DNA from: Sphingomonadaceae bacterium
GTDB taxonomy: Bacteria > Chloroflexota > UBA6077
Assembly: GCA_050261575.1 (NCBI GenBank)
Contig: JBLNDL010000005.1
Coordinates: 1-64,000, forward strand
DNA length: 64,000 nucleotides
Direction of reading: 5' to 3'
Position numbers and translations under genes: made by a program. Of the stretch, positions 38,937 through 48,759 are shown piece by piece; position 1 is the stretch's first letter, and every line of letters begins with the position of its first letter. The notes under the pieces are model-generated. The model did no database searches. It was not told where the DNA came from and saw nothing but the letters and a program-made list of their open reading frames with translations.

Positions 38937-40097
38937 TCAGGAACGATGCACGAAACGGTCAGGGCTGAACCACCCCGCCGGAAAGTCCAAGGTCTGTCCC
39001 GTCACCCACTGGGCGATGAGCCTGCCGGTGGCCGGTGCCAGCCCGATGCCTGCTCCCTCGTGCCCCGTGGCCACGTAGAAGCCCTTCGCCCCCGATAGGG
39101 GGCCAATCAGCGGCAGATGATCCGGGCTGAAGGGGCGTAGGCCGGCGTAGTTCCGGATGGAGCGGAGCTCGCCCAGGGAGGGGAAGAAGCGCAGCGCCCG
39201 GGCGGTGATGGCCGCAGCCACCCGCAAGTTCACGCTGCGATCGAACCCCACCAACTCGCGGCTGCTCCCGAGCAGCAACGTCCCGCCCCTCGTGGATTCG
39301 GCCACCGTCGCCACCTGGAGGCCCGCGGAGTCGCTCTCCACCGCCGAGGTGTAGCCGGCCTCCATCAGCTTGCGCCTGAAGAGGTAGGGCGCCCTCTCCA
39401 CGACGACGATCTGCCCCTTTCGGGGGTAGACGGGGACGTCCAGTCCAGCGGTCGCGGCGACTTCGCGAGTCCACACCCCAGCCGCCACCACCACGGCGCC
39501 CGTGGGGATCCGCTCCCGATCCGTCTCCACGGCCTCAACCCGGCCGTCCGGACCGAGCGCCACCCGGCGAACGGCCGCATCCTGCCGGACCACCAGGCCG
39601 TGGCGTCGCCCACTATCTATCAAGGCGGTAGTGGCGATCCTGGGCTCCACCTGGGCGTCCTCGGGGAAAAGGGCGCCCCCGGCTAGGTCGTCAGCGAGTG
39701 CGGGCTCCTCGGCGTGAAGCTGCCGCGGGTCGAGCATCTCGCCCGCCACCCCCGCCGCAGACAGATCGCTGAGCTTGCGGCTCACGGCGGCGAGGGCGGC
39801 CTCGTCCTCAGCCAGCATGATGCTGCCCTTGGGATCGTACTCGAAGTCGATCCCGAGCTCCCCAGCCAGTTCCCGCCACAGTTGGAGGCTGCGCTGGGCG
39901 AGGGGGAGTTCCCTCTCCAGCTCCTTGTCCCACAGCAGGAGGTTCCCCTCGCAGGCGCCCGAGCTGCCCGAGGCGAGAAAGGAGCGCTCCAGCAGAAGAA
40001 CGGAAAGCCCCTCCCGGGCAAGGTAGTAGCCGCAGGCGGCGCCGATGATGCCGCCGCCGACCACCACCACGTCGGCATTCCTGGTGGGACAGATCAC
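38937..40097 (-). CDS. FAD-dependent D-amino-acid/D-hydroxyproline dehydrogenase catalytic subunit
   Basis: VVGGGIIG, PRKGQ, AGLRPFSPDHLPLIG, TGHEGAGIGLAPATG. Confidence 0.85.
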   Translation of the reverse strand: MICPTRNADVVVVGGGIIGAACGYYLAREGLSVLLLERSFLASGSSGACEGNLLLWDKELERELPLAQRSLQLWRELAGELGIDFEYDPKGSIMLAEDEAALAAVSRKLSDLSAAGVAGEMLDPRQLHAEEPALADDLAGGALFPEDAQVEPRIATTALIDSGRRHGLVVRQDAAVRRVALGPDGRVEAVETDRERIPTGAVVVAAGVWTREVAATAGLDVPVYPRKGQIVVVERAPYLFRRKLMEAGYTSAVESDSAGLQVATVAESTRGGTLLLGSSRELVGFDRSVNLRVAAAITARALRFFPSLGELRSIRNYAGLRPFSPDHLPLIGPLSGAKGFYVATGHEGAGIGLAPATGRLIAQWVTGQTLDFPAGWFSPDRFVHRS

Positions 40098-40378
40098 CCA
40101 TTACCTCTTCAACGGCCTTGCAACGTAGGGCAGGGCCTCGTGTCCTGCCGCACGCCCCCTCTGCTGCGACGACGGGGGCTTGGGCGCATCCGATCGGCCA
40201 GACAGCGGGGCACACGTGACGCGAGCGGGCACGCGAGGCGAGCGAGCCCAGCCTCGCGGCCACGCCCGTCCTACAGGCGTCGCATTTGCGGAACGGCGCA
40301 CTTGGTCGTCGCTGCCGCGGGCCAGCAGCGTGGCGCGAGCGGGCGCAGCGTCAGAGGCAGCCCCTACGACGCATCGCG

Positions 40379-41308
40379 TCAGTAGCACCTGGGTGGGTTG
40401 GGCGCCTTGGACCATCGATCCATCGCGCCGACGTTCACCAGCAGCTTCCTTAGTTCCTCGACCTTCTCCAGAGACAGAGGGCGGTAGGGAGGCCGCGGGT
40501 CCCCCACGTGGAAGCCGATCAGGTTGGCCCCGGCTTTGACGCTCGCGGCGTACCCCTCGGTCACCAGGAAGTGGTTCACCGGCCACATCTTGGCCCACAG
40601 GTCCCTGGCCTCGTTGATCTGGCCGGCGTCGATCAGGTCGAACAGTTGCGCGCACTGCTTGGGCATCACGTTGGCCGCCCCCCACACGGCCCCCTTGCTC
40701 CCCAGGGCCAGGACCGAGAAGGTGATGGTGTCCCAGCCGTTGAAGACGGTCACCTCGTTGCTGTACCTGTAGAGCAGCTCCGAGACCTGGGAGAGGTTGC
40801 CGCTGGAATCCTTGATGTACCGCACGTTCTCGATCTCTCGGGCCAGCCGGATCCAGAAGTCGGTGGGGGGGTTCATACCCGTGCCAGCCGGATTGTTGTA
40901 CACCATCATCGGGATGCGGATGGCGTCGGAGATCTCCTTGAAGTAGTCGAACAGCTCCTGCAGGCTGGTGGGCTCGTAGTAGGGCTGGACCACCATGACG
41001 GCATCGGCACCGATGCTCTCGGCGTGCTTGGAGAGCATCACCGCATCGGTGGTGCTGCACGCCCCCGTGTGCGGAACCACGGGAACTCGGCCACGGGCCT
41101 GGTCGACCACGATCTCGGCGACCCGCATCCGCTCCTCTCTAGTGAGCACCGGGAACTCACCCGTGCTGCCACAGGGGATGAGTCCGTGGATGCCGGCGGC
41201 GATGGTGCCTTCTACCAACTCGCGCAGGCCGGCCTCGTCGATCTTGACACCACCTGGGGTGAACGGGGTGGCCAGGGCGGAAAGGATGCCGCGAAGGGGA
41301 CGAACCAT
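40379..41308 (-). CDS. DHDPS-family lyase (candidate pyrroline-4-hydroxy-2-carboxylate deaminase)
   Basis: CGSTGEF, MVYNNP, YIKDSSG Schiff-base Lys; hydroxyproline-cluster context. Confidence 0.8.
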   Translation of the reverse strand: MVRPLRGILSALATPFTPGGVKIDEAGLRELVEGTIAAGIHGLIPCGSTGEFPVLTREERMRVAEIVVDQARGRVPVVPHTGACSTTDAVMLSKHAESIGADAVMVVQPYYEPTSLQELFDYFKEISDAIRIPMMVYNNPAGTGMNPPTDFWIRLAREIENVRYIKDSSGNLSQVSELLYRYSNEVTVFNGWDTITFSVLALGSKGAVWGAANVMPKQCAQLFDLIDAGQINEARDLWAKMWPVNHFLVTEGYAASVKAGANLIGFHVGDPRPPYRPLSLEKVEELRKLLVNVGAMDRWSKAPNPPRCY

Positions 41309-41410
41309 CGGAAGACCTCCTCTTCTGGCTACTGCACGGCGGAACCCTTAGGCGCGATCGCCGGAATCTCGACTGCTTACAGGCCACCGGGAATCCATCA
41401 CGATGAGGCC

Positions 41411-41440
41411 AGTGTAGGCAGCCGCCCAAACCACTGTCAA
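41411..41440 (-). promoter_or_regulatory. Internal sigma70 promoter
   Basis: TTGACA-N18-TACACT on the minus strand upstream of the DHDPS-like gene. Confidence 0.55.
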
Positions 41441-41470
41441 CGGTGCGGACAGACCACCCCACACCTGCCT

Positions 41471-41740
41471 TCACCGCAGATACTCCCAACAGCGGCACAC
41501 GGCGGCGTAGTCGCCGCAGAGCGGGCACTGCTCGATCGCGCAGTCCCGATGGTGGTAGCCCCCCACCACCACACCGCAATCGTCGCAGCGCCCCTCGTAC
41601 TCGTACCAGGTGCGAGCCCGGCGCTCCTCGCCGTAGCGGATGCGGGGCACGGGCCGTCCGGCCAGATCGAAGTGCTCCCGTGTGCAGGTCGTCGTGGCCT
41701 CCTGAGGCACGTCGCTGCCGCAATCTGGGCAGGTGGCCAT
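41471..41740 (-). CDS. Small Cys/His-rich putative zinc-binding protein (89 aa)
   Basis: CPDC...C...CDDCG...YHHRDC...CPLCG...CRC; RBS GGGAG; 11 bp after the upstream stop. Confidence 0.7.
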   Translation of the reverse strand: MATCPDCGSDVPQEATTTCTREHFDLAGRPVPRIRYGEERRARTWYEYEGRCDDCGVVVGGYHHRDCAIEQCPLCGDYAAVCRCWEYLR

Positions 41741-41750
41741 GCGGTACTCC

Positions 41751-42818
41751 CTACTCGACGTTCGTCCCCCAGATGTCCCCCACGGTGAAGCCCTCCGCAA
41801 AGGGGTCCTCGGCGTCCACCACGTACTGGGTGATGGCGTAGATCCACGCCTGCCCCGTGATGGTCGGGACCACCGCGGGGTACTGGCCCACCCGGGTCTC
41901 CTCGACCAGCCGCCCAGTGAAGGTGGTGCCGAGGATCCCCTCGTGGACGAAGTCCTGGTGCAGCCCCAGCATGCCGCGAGCGTAGAGGGTCGCCATCTTG
42001 GCGCAGGTGCCGGTGCCGCAGGGCGACCGGTCCAGGATGCCCGTCCAGGAGTCGGGCCGGTTCCAGTCCAGCTCGCCGCTTGAGACCACCACCGTGTTCT
42101 TCATCGAAGCGCCGGGCCTGGTTGCCGGGGCCGAGAACTCGGCAATGGTCACGCCCGCGATGCCCGGGTTCTCCGGGTGGACCACCGGAAGCTGCTCCCG
42201 AGTTGCAGCCTTGATCATCTCCCCCAGCCGCACGATGTCCTTCCCCTCGTCCGGGGTGATCCGCAACCCCACCTGCGCGGCATCGACGATGACGTAGAAC
42301 ATCCCGCCGTAGGCCACGTCCACGGTGACCGTCCCCAGGTTGGGGACCTCCACCTTGGCGTCCAGGTAGGCGGCGAAGGCAGGCACGTTCCGGAAGGTGA
42401 CGCTCCTCACCTTGCCGTTGGCGCACTCGGCCCGGATCCGCACCAACCCCGCCGGAGCCTCCAGGGTGAACTCCGTCACCGGCTCCTTCATGGGAATCAT
42501 GCCGGTCTCCAGCAGCACCGTGGCGGTGCACAGGGTGTTGCTGCCCGACATCGGAGGGTACTCCACCTGCTCCATGATGACGAAGCCGGCATCGGCCTCC
42601 GGGTGGGTGGGGGCAAGTACCAGGTTGCAGCAGAGGGCGGGGTAGCCCCGAGGCTCGCGCAGCATCAGCTTCCGCAGGCCGTCGTGGTGTGTCCGCAGGT
42701 AGACCATCTTCTCGAACATGGTGTTGCCGGGAACGTCGAGCACACCCCCGACGATGACCCGCCCTGGCTCCCCAGCGGCGTGGGCATCGACAGCAGTGAT
42801 CATATTCCTGAGTCGCAC
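41751..42818 (-). CDS. Proline racemase family, Ser/Cys type
   Basis: HAAGEP, EPRG, YPPMSGSN, DRSPCGTGT. Confidence 0.88.
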   Translation of the reverse strand: MRLRNMITAVDAHAAGEPGRVIVGGVLDVPGNTMFEKMVYLRTHHDGLRKLMLREPRGYPALCCNLVLAPTHPEADAGFVIMEQVEYPPMSGSNTLCTATVLLETGMIPMKEPVTEFTLEAPAGLVRIRAECANGKVRSVTFRNVPAFAAYLDAKVEVPNLGTVTVDVAYGGMFYVIVDAAQVGLRITPDEGKDIVRLGEMIKAATREQLPVVHPENPGIAGVTIAEFSAPATRPGASMKNTVVVSSGELDWNRPDSWTGILDRSPCGTGTCAKMATLYARGMLGLHQDFVHEGILGTTFTGRLVEETRVGQYPAVVPTITGQAWIYAITQYVVDAEDPFAEGFTVGDIWGTNVE

Positions 42819-42991
42819 AGAAGCCTCCTATCAGAGTCCTGGGTCCTCAGCGCTCAGCGCCCTGAGCGCCTAACACGACCTATGTGGGGGCAGATCCATG
42901 ATGTGCCTGCCCTCCGTGCGGAAAAGGCCACACGGGCGGACCTGCGTGCCCGCCCCTACCGGTATTGTCGGGGTCTCTTGGGGCACAGGAC

Positions 42992-44389
42992 TCAAAACTG
43001 GGCGCCCAGCACACGCAGTGGCACCGGCTTGATGGGCGGCCTCGGGGTGGTCTGCAGCAGCTCCTTCAGGGGTCGACCGGTCTCCTGCGCCAAGAGGTGG
43101 GCGATCAGGTTAGCGCAGATCCGCCCCTGGCAGGGCCCCATCCCCACGCGGGTCCACATCTTCAGCGCCCTTAGGCTGTCGGCACCGCGGCGGATCGCCG
43201 CCCGAACCTCCCCCACGGTCACCTCCTCGCATCGGCAGAGGGGGGTATCTGGCTCAGCCAACTGGTAGATGCCCGGGCGTGGCGCGAAGAGATCGTTCAG
43301 CATCTCGGCGAAGCCCAACTGGTGGCGCCGCCGCGCCCTGGCCGCCTCCATCTCCCGCTGCAGCTCCGAGTTGAGCGGATGCCCGAGCAGCCGAGCCGCG
43401 GCCAGGCCCGCGATCTCCCCCTCCGCCAGCGCCAACTCCGCGCCCCCGACGCCCGTGGTCTCCCCGGCGACGAACACGCCGGGGACGCTGCTCTCCATAT
43501 CGGGGCCGTGGACCGGCAGGTACTGCTGCTGGGCCGGATGGTAGCGCATCCGGCAGCCGAGCAGGGCAGGCAGCTCGGTGGAGGAGAGGAAGCCGTAGCC
43601 GATGCAGAGCAGGTCCACATCGAAGACCTTCTCACTCCGCGTCACCGGTCGCCACAGGCTGTCCACGGCAGCGACGATCACCCGCTGGACCGATTCCTCC
43701 CCCTCGGCTCGCACCACGACGTGGCCGAAGTAGCGGGGAAGCCGGGCTGCCAGTAGGGCCCGCTCGTGGACGATGGCGTCCCTCATCCGGTCCCAGTGGC
43801 CCCACATCCGGTGGGCCCTGAGGGCCCACTCCTGCCGAGTGGTCGCCTCCACCACCCCGACGACCGTCGCGCCGGCCTCCACCAACCCCTTCGACAGCGG
43901 CAGCAGCAGGGGGCCTGCGCCGGCCACCAGCACCCGCCGCCCGGGGAGGACGTGCTGACCCTTCAGCATCGCCTGAGCGCCCCCGGCGGACCAGACCCCC
44001 GGAAGGGTCCAGCCGGGGAAGGCGACGGGACGATCGTAGGCGCCGGTGGCCACCACGATCGCCTCGGCTCGCAGCGTCTCCGCATCCCCTCCCTCACGGT
44101 AGAGGAGTATGGTTCGGCCATCCTCGACTCCCCACACCAGGGTCCCCGTCCGAAGCTCCACCGGAGCCACCGCCAACTGCCCGAGCAGCTTCTGTGAACG
44201 GGCCTGCGCCGCCGGTGAGGCGAACCAGCCTCCGCCCTCGAACCCCTCCGGGGGCTGCCGGAAGAACTGCCCGCCGGGGCGGGGATACTCGTCTATCAGC
44301 GTGACCGCAGCCCCTGCCCGGCTCGCGGCGAGCGCGGCGGCGATGCCGGCGGGGCCGGCCCCCACGACAGCCACCTCAGTCCGCGGCAC
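42992..44389 (-). CDS. FAD/NAD(P) oxidoreductase with BFD-like domain (alpha subunit of hydroxyproline/opine-type dehydrogenase)
   Basis: VGAGPAG, ATGAYDR..FPGWTLPGV, CRCEEV, GMGPCQGRIC, RPPIKPV. Confidence 0.9.
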   Translation of the reverse strand: MPRTEVAVVGAGPAGIAAALAASRAGAAVTLIDEYPRPGGQFFRQPPEGFEGGGWFASPAAQARSQKLLGQLAVAPVELRTGTLVWGVEDGRTILLYREGGDAETLRAEAIVVATGAYDRPVAFPGWTLPGVWSAGGAQAMLKGQHVLPGRRVLVAGAGPLLLPLSKGLVEAGATVVGVVEATTRQEWALRAHRMWGHWDRMRDAIVHERALLAARLPRYFGHVVVRAEGEESVQRVIVAAVDSLWRPVTRSEKVFDVDLLCIGYGFLSSTELPALLGCRMRYHPAQQQYLPVHGPDMESSVPGVFVAGETTGVGGAELALAEGEIAGLAAARLLGHPLNSELQREMEAARARRRHQLGFAEMLNDLFAPRPGIYQLAEPDTPLCRCEEVTVGEVRAAIRRGADSLRALKMWTRVGMGPCQGRICANLIAHLLAQETGRPLKELLQTTPRPPIKPVPLRVLGAQF

Positions 44390-44702
44390 GGCCGCCACCC
44401 CTTTCGTCGCCAGGAAGACCACCCAGGCTCACCCGCATACCCGGCCGGACCGGGACGACGCAACTGCGCACCTGCCCCATCCCCTCGACTGTGACCGTGC
44501 ACTCGAAGCATGCCCCGATCCCGCAGAACACGCCCCGCGGCGCCCCCGTGCGAGGGGCGTGGCGGAACACCCGGCGCCCGGCCGCCGTGAGCGCAGCGGC
44601 GATGGTCTCGCCGGCATAGGCCGGCACCACCTCGCCGTCCACTATCAAGTCGATGAGTTCACCCCGCCGCACGCGTGGATCGCGCGCGGGCACCTCAGCC
44701 AT
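44376..44702 (-). CDS. 2Fe-2S subunit (gamma subunit)
   Basis: GETIAAAL, RGVFCGIGACFECTV, RSC. Confidence 0.9.
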   Translation of the reverse strand: MAEVPARDPRVRRGELIDLIVDGEVVPAYAGETIAAALTAAGRRVFRHAPRTGAPRGVFCGIGACFECTVTVEGMGQVRSCVVPVRPGMRVSLGGLPGDERGGGRAAD

Positions 44703-44768
44703 TGCTCGCTCCGAGATCGTCCCCTCACTGTGAGATCGGAGCCTCATACGAGGCCATCGACAAAGCAG

Positions 44769-44833
44769 CACGGAGGCACAGAGACACGGAGATGACGTGA
44801 CCGCATATCTCCGTGCTCTCCGTGTCTCCGTGC
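44769..44833. repeat. CACGGAG-periodic intergenic hairpin
   Basis: CACGGAGGCACAGAGACACGGAGA...TCTCCGTGCTCTCCGTGTCTCCGTG. Confidence 0.75.
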
Positions 44834-44847
44834 CACAACGAACTCGT

Positions 44848-45555
44848 TTACGATATGCCCAGGTACGCCTTTCGGACGGCCGGATTCTCCAGCAGCTCCG
44901 CCCCCGTCCCCTCCAGGACGATGCGACCCGTCTCCAGCACGTAGGCCCTGTCTGCCATCGCCAGTGCTAGCTGCGCGTTCTGCTCCACCAGAAGGATCGT
45001 CGTGCCCTGTGAGTTGATCTCGTCTATCGTCTCGAAGATCCGCTCTACGATTATGGGAGCCAGGCCCAGAGATGGCTCGTCCAGCAGCAGCAGCCTCGGC
45101 CGGCCCATCATCACACGGGCTATCGCCAGCATCTGCTGCTCCCCCCCGGACAGGGTCTGCCCCACCTGCTTCCAGCGCTCCTTCAGGCGAGGAAAGAGCG
45201 CCACCACCCGCTGGCACTCCTCCTCGAATCGGGTCTTCCCCCGCTGCGGGTAGTGCCCTATCCGGAGGTTCTCCTCTACCGTCATCCGGGTGAAGATCTG
45301 CCTGCCCTCGGGGCACTGGCCAATCCCCATCCTGGCAATGTCCCACGGCCTTGCCCCTTGGATCTCCCTCCCCTCGAAGACGATCCGACCCCTCCAGGGG
45401 CGCAGCAATCCGGAGATCGTTCGCAGGGTGGTGCTCTTGCCCGCACCGTTCGCCCCGATCAGCGCAACGATCTCCCCCTTCTCGACCCGAAAGGAGATCC
45501 CCTTAAGCGCCGCTATCTGTCCGTACTTCGTCGCGATGTCTTCGACTACGAGCAA
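44848..45555 (-). CDS. livF: HAAT ABC ATPase
   Basis: GANGAGKST, LSGGEQQMLAIAR, DEPSLGLAP, VEQNA. Confidence 0.93.
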   Translation of the reverse strand: MLVVEDIATKYGQIAALKGISFRVEKGEIVALIGANGAGKSTTLRTISGLLRPWRGRIVFEGREIQGARPWDIARMGIGQCPEGRQIFTRMTVEENLRIGHYPQRGKTRFEEECQRVVALFPRLKERWKQVGQTLSGGEQQMLAIARVMMGRPRLLLLDEPSLGLAPIIVERIFETIDEINSQGTTILLVEQNAQLALAMADRAYVLETGRIVLEGTGAELLENPAVRKAYLGIS

Positions 45556-46327
45556 AGCCCGTCTCCCTCTTCGTCCCCAGATAGGCCTCTATCACCAGCG
45601 GATCGTTCTGGATCTGCACAGGCGTTCCCTCGGCTATCTTCGCCCCGTAGTTCAGCACCACGATACGCTCAGATATCCCCATCACCACCTTCATATGGTG
45701 CTCGATCAACAGCACCGTCACCCCGGTGGCCCGGATACGCCGGATCAACCCCATCAGGTCCTGGCTCTCCTGAGGGTTCATCCCCGCCGCGGGCTCGTCC
45801 AGCAGCAACAGCTTCGGCTCCGTCGCCAGGGCCCGGGCGATCTCCAATCGCCGCTGCCCGCCGTAGGGGAGGTTCTTCGCCATCTCCCGCGACCAGCGAC
45901 CGATCCCCACGAACTCCATCAGCTCGAGGGCCCGGTCCTCGGTGGATCGCTCCTCCCGCTTCGTCCAGGGCGTCGCCAGGGCGGCACCCAAGACTCCCGG
46001 CCTGGTCCGGCAGTGCATCCCCACCTTCACGTTGTCCAGGGCCGTCATGTTGTCGAACAACCGGATGTTCTGGTAGGTGCGCGCAATCCCCCACTCTGTC
46101 AGACGGAACTCCGGCTGGTTGAGGGTGCTCCTGCCCCGAAACAGCACCTGGCCGCTGGTAGCCCGATAGGTGTTGGTGATCAGGTTGAACAGGGTGGTCT
46201 TGCCCGCGCCATTGGGCCCGATTATGGCGGCAATTTGCCCCTCCTCGACCGACATCGAGACCCGGTCCACCGCCTTGATCTCGCCGAACTGCTTGGATAG
46301 CTCCCTGATCTCCAGTATCGGTGCCAT
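45503..46327 (-). CDS. livG: HAAT ABC ATPase
   Basis: GPNGAGKTT, LPYGGQRRLEIARAL, DEPAAGMN, VIEAYLG. Confidence 0.93.
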   Translation of the reverse strand: MAPILEIRELSKQFGEIKAVDRVSMSVEEGQIAAIIGPNGAGKTTLFNLITNTYRATSGQVLFRGRSTLNQPEFRLTEWGIARTYQNIRLFDNMTALDNVKVGMHCRTRPGVLGAALATPWTKREERSTEDRALELMEFVGIGRWSREMAKNLPYGGQRRLEIARALATEPKLLLLDEPAAGMNPQESQDLMGLIRRIRATGVTVLLIEHHMKVVMGISERIVVLNYGAKIAEGTPVQIQNDPLVIEAYLGTKRETGFARSRRHRDEVRTDSGA

Positions 46328-47448
46328 CAGTCGTTACCCCCGACTCCGGAGACCACGGGCTCTGCCGCGACGTCCTCGCTCTCCGCCGACTGCCGCCCCT
46401 CGTGGAGTTCCGCCCGGATCATGCTGCTGGGCCAGATCCCCTCGGGTCTCAACACCATCATCACCACCATCACCACTCCGAAGACCAGCATCCGGTAGTC
46501 GGAGTACTGCCTCAGCAACTCCGGGATCCCGATCAGGGCCACGGCACCGACGATCACTCCGGGTATGCTCCCGATGCCCCCAACCACCACCATCGACAGC
46601 ATCAGGATCGACTCCCAGAAAGTGAAGCTCTCGGGGCTGACGAAGCCCTGGAGCCCCGCGAACACCACCCCCGCCAGCCCAGCGAAGGACGCCCCGATGG
46701 CGAAGGCCATCAGCTTCAGCCGCGTGGTGTCCACCCCCATGGCCCGAGCCGCGCCCTCGTCCTCCCGTATCGCCGCCCAGGCCCTGCCGATCCGGGAGCC
46801 CTCGAGCCTCCGCAGCAGGACGACACTCCCCACCAGCAGCGCCAGCAGCAGGTAGTAGACGTGGGTCGGCGTGGAGAGCTTGACCCCGAAGAGATCGGGG
46901 GTATCGATCAGGCTGATTCCCTGGGGGCCGTTGGTCACGGAGCTGAGGTTGTTCAGAAAGATCCTCACGATCTCCCCAAAGCCGAGCGTCACGATGGCGA
47001 GGTAGTCCCCTCGCAGCCGCAGGACTGGGATGCCCAGGAGCACCCCGAAGAGGGCGGAGACCAGACCTCCCCCCACCAGCAGCAGGAGGAAGGGAAAGTG
47101 GATGTTGAACTGGGCCGAGGCCAGGAAGGCGTAGAGGTAGGCCCCCACCGCGTAGAAGGCAGCGTACCCCAACACCAGCAGCCCCGCGAAGCCCGTCACC
47201 ACGTTCAGTCCCAGCGCCAGCAGACTGTAGATGGCGATCAGGTCCAGGATCCGAATGACCGCCGTTGCCTCCGACATCTGGAGGGGGGCTATCGCTAGAA
47301 CCAGCACCAGCAACCAAGGGGCGGATCCGCGCAGGCGACGGAGGCGCGAGAGGCTCGAGGCGTGGGCCTTCCCCTGTCCGCTCCTTGCCCCCTGGTTGCC
47401 CGCTTTCTGGCTGTTGGCGTTTTCGCTGCCTAGAAGCTTCTCTTCCAA
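46327..47448 (-). CDS. livM: HAAT ABC permease
   Basis: LRLRGDYLAIVTLGFGEI, GRAWAAIREDE. Confidence 0.93.
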   Translation of the reverse strand: MEEKLLGSENANSQKAGNQGARSGQGKAHASSLSRLRRLRGSAPWLLVLVLAIAPLQMSEATAVIRILDLIAIYSLLALGLNVVTGFAGLLVLGYAAFYAVGAYLYAFLASAQFNIHFPFLLLLVGGGLVSALFGVLLGIPVLRLRGDYLAIVTLGFGEIVRIFLNNLSSVTNGPQGISLIDTPDLFGVKLSTPTHVYYLLLALLVGSVVLLRRLEGSRIGRAWAAIREDEGAARAMGVDTTRLKLMAFAIGASFAGLAGVVFAGLQGFVSPESFTFWESILMLSMVVVGGIGSIPGVIVGAVALIGIPELLRQYSDYRMLVFGVVMVVMMVLRPEGIWPSSMIRAELHEGRQSAESEDVAAEPVVSGVGGND

Positions 47449-48389
47449 GTCATCGACTCCATCGGTATCCGCTCACCCAGCAGCCCCATGGGGCGGAAGA
47501 TCAACACCAGGATCAACACGACGAAGGCAAAGATGTCCTTGTATTCGGGGGTGAGCAGGCCACCGCTGATCACTGGGAGCAGCCCCGCGCCAAAAGTCTC
47601 CAGCAAGCCCAACAGTATCCCCCCCACCATCGCCCCCGGGATGTTGCCGATCCCTCCCAACACGGCAGCGGTGAACGCCTTCAGGCCGGCCGTGAAGCCC
47701 ATAGTGAAGAAGGCCACCCCGTAGTACAACGAGAACATCACACCCGCCGCCGCTCCCAGGGCAGGACCCACCACGAACACCAGCGAGATGGTATTGTCCA
47801 CGTTCACACCCATCAAGCTCGCCGTGTTCCGGTTCTCCGCCACCGCCCGTATCGTCAGCCCGAAGACCGTCCGGTTCACCATCCAGTACAGCCCCACCAT
47901 CAGCAGCGCCGACACCACCAGGATCACCACCTGGTGGTTGGTGAAGGTCGCGCCGAAGAGGCTGTAGCTCTGGGAGGGGAAGACACCGCTGGGGAAGACT
48001 CGCGGGGCCCTTCCGGCCACCAACATCGCCCCGTTCTCCAGGATCAGGGAAACGCCGATGGCGCTCAGCATCGGCGCCAGCCGCGTCGAGTTCCTCAATG
48101 GCTTGTAGGCCACCTTCTCGATCGCCACCCCGAGTCCCGCCACGAGGAAACCCGCCACGAGCAGGAGGGCCAGAATAACTCCGCCGATGGCCACCACGCT
48201 GAGCCCGCCTCCGACGCCCAAGAACAGCAACACGGCAATGGCAACGTAGGAACCCACCATGAAGAGGTCCCCGTGGGCGAAGTTGAGCAGCAGCAGGACG
48301 CCGTAGACCATGGTGTAGCCCAGGGCAATCAGGGCGTACATCGAGCCCACGGTCAGTCCGTTGATCAATTGTTGAAGAATCGTGTCCAC
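47430..48389 (-). CDS. livH: HAAT ABC permease
   Basis: YALIALGYTMVYG, NFAHGD, KAFTAAVLGGIG. Confidence 0.93.
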   Translation of the reverse strand: MDTILQQLINGLTVGSMYALIALGYTMVYGVLLLLNFAHGDLFMVGSYVAIAVLLFLGVGGGLSVVAIGGVILALLLVAGFLVAGLGVAIEKVAYKPLRNSTRLAPMLSAIGVSLILENGAMLVAGRAPRVFPSGVFPSQSYSLFGATFTNHQVVILVVSALLMVGLYWMVNRTVFGLTIRAVAENRNTASLMGVNVDNTISLVFVVGPALGAAAGVMFSLYYGVAFFTMGFTAGLKAFTAAVLGGIGNIPGAMVGGILLGLLETFGAGLLPVISGGLLTPEYKDIFAFVVLILVLIFRPMGLLGERIPMESMTWKRSF

Positions 48390-48759
48390 GCAGACCTCCA
48401 AACGAGCCGTCAGCTATCAGCCCGTGGCCGCAGGCTTCAGCCTGCGCCTGCTTCCCTGGAGAAGAGGGAAACACACGCACCCTGAAGCGTGTGATGTGGA
48501 TTGGGAACGCTGGCCTCCTGGTGGGGGCCGTGGTCGTGAGGTTGCGCTCGCTCGCCTTACGTGCCAGCTCGCCTCACGCTATGTGCGCGCCCTCGCTATC
48601 CACACCCGGGGTGGGCGGATGCGCAGTCCCGCCCCAACAATGGGGCCGGGGGCGGACACGCGTGTCCGCCCCCACAGCCAGCCGCAGTCTCTCTTGGCGC
48701 CATGCCCGATGCACATCACGCGTTGAAGGGTGCGGCTACTGCTGATCGCTGATTGCTCG

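Noticed and set aside
45503..45555. Frameshift at the livG/livF overlap
   Set aside because: Both proteins have complete motifs; the 53-bp overlap is only a C-terminal tail
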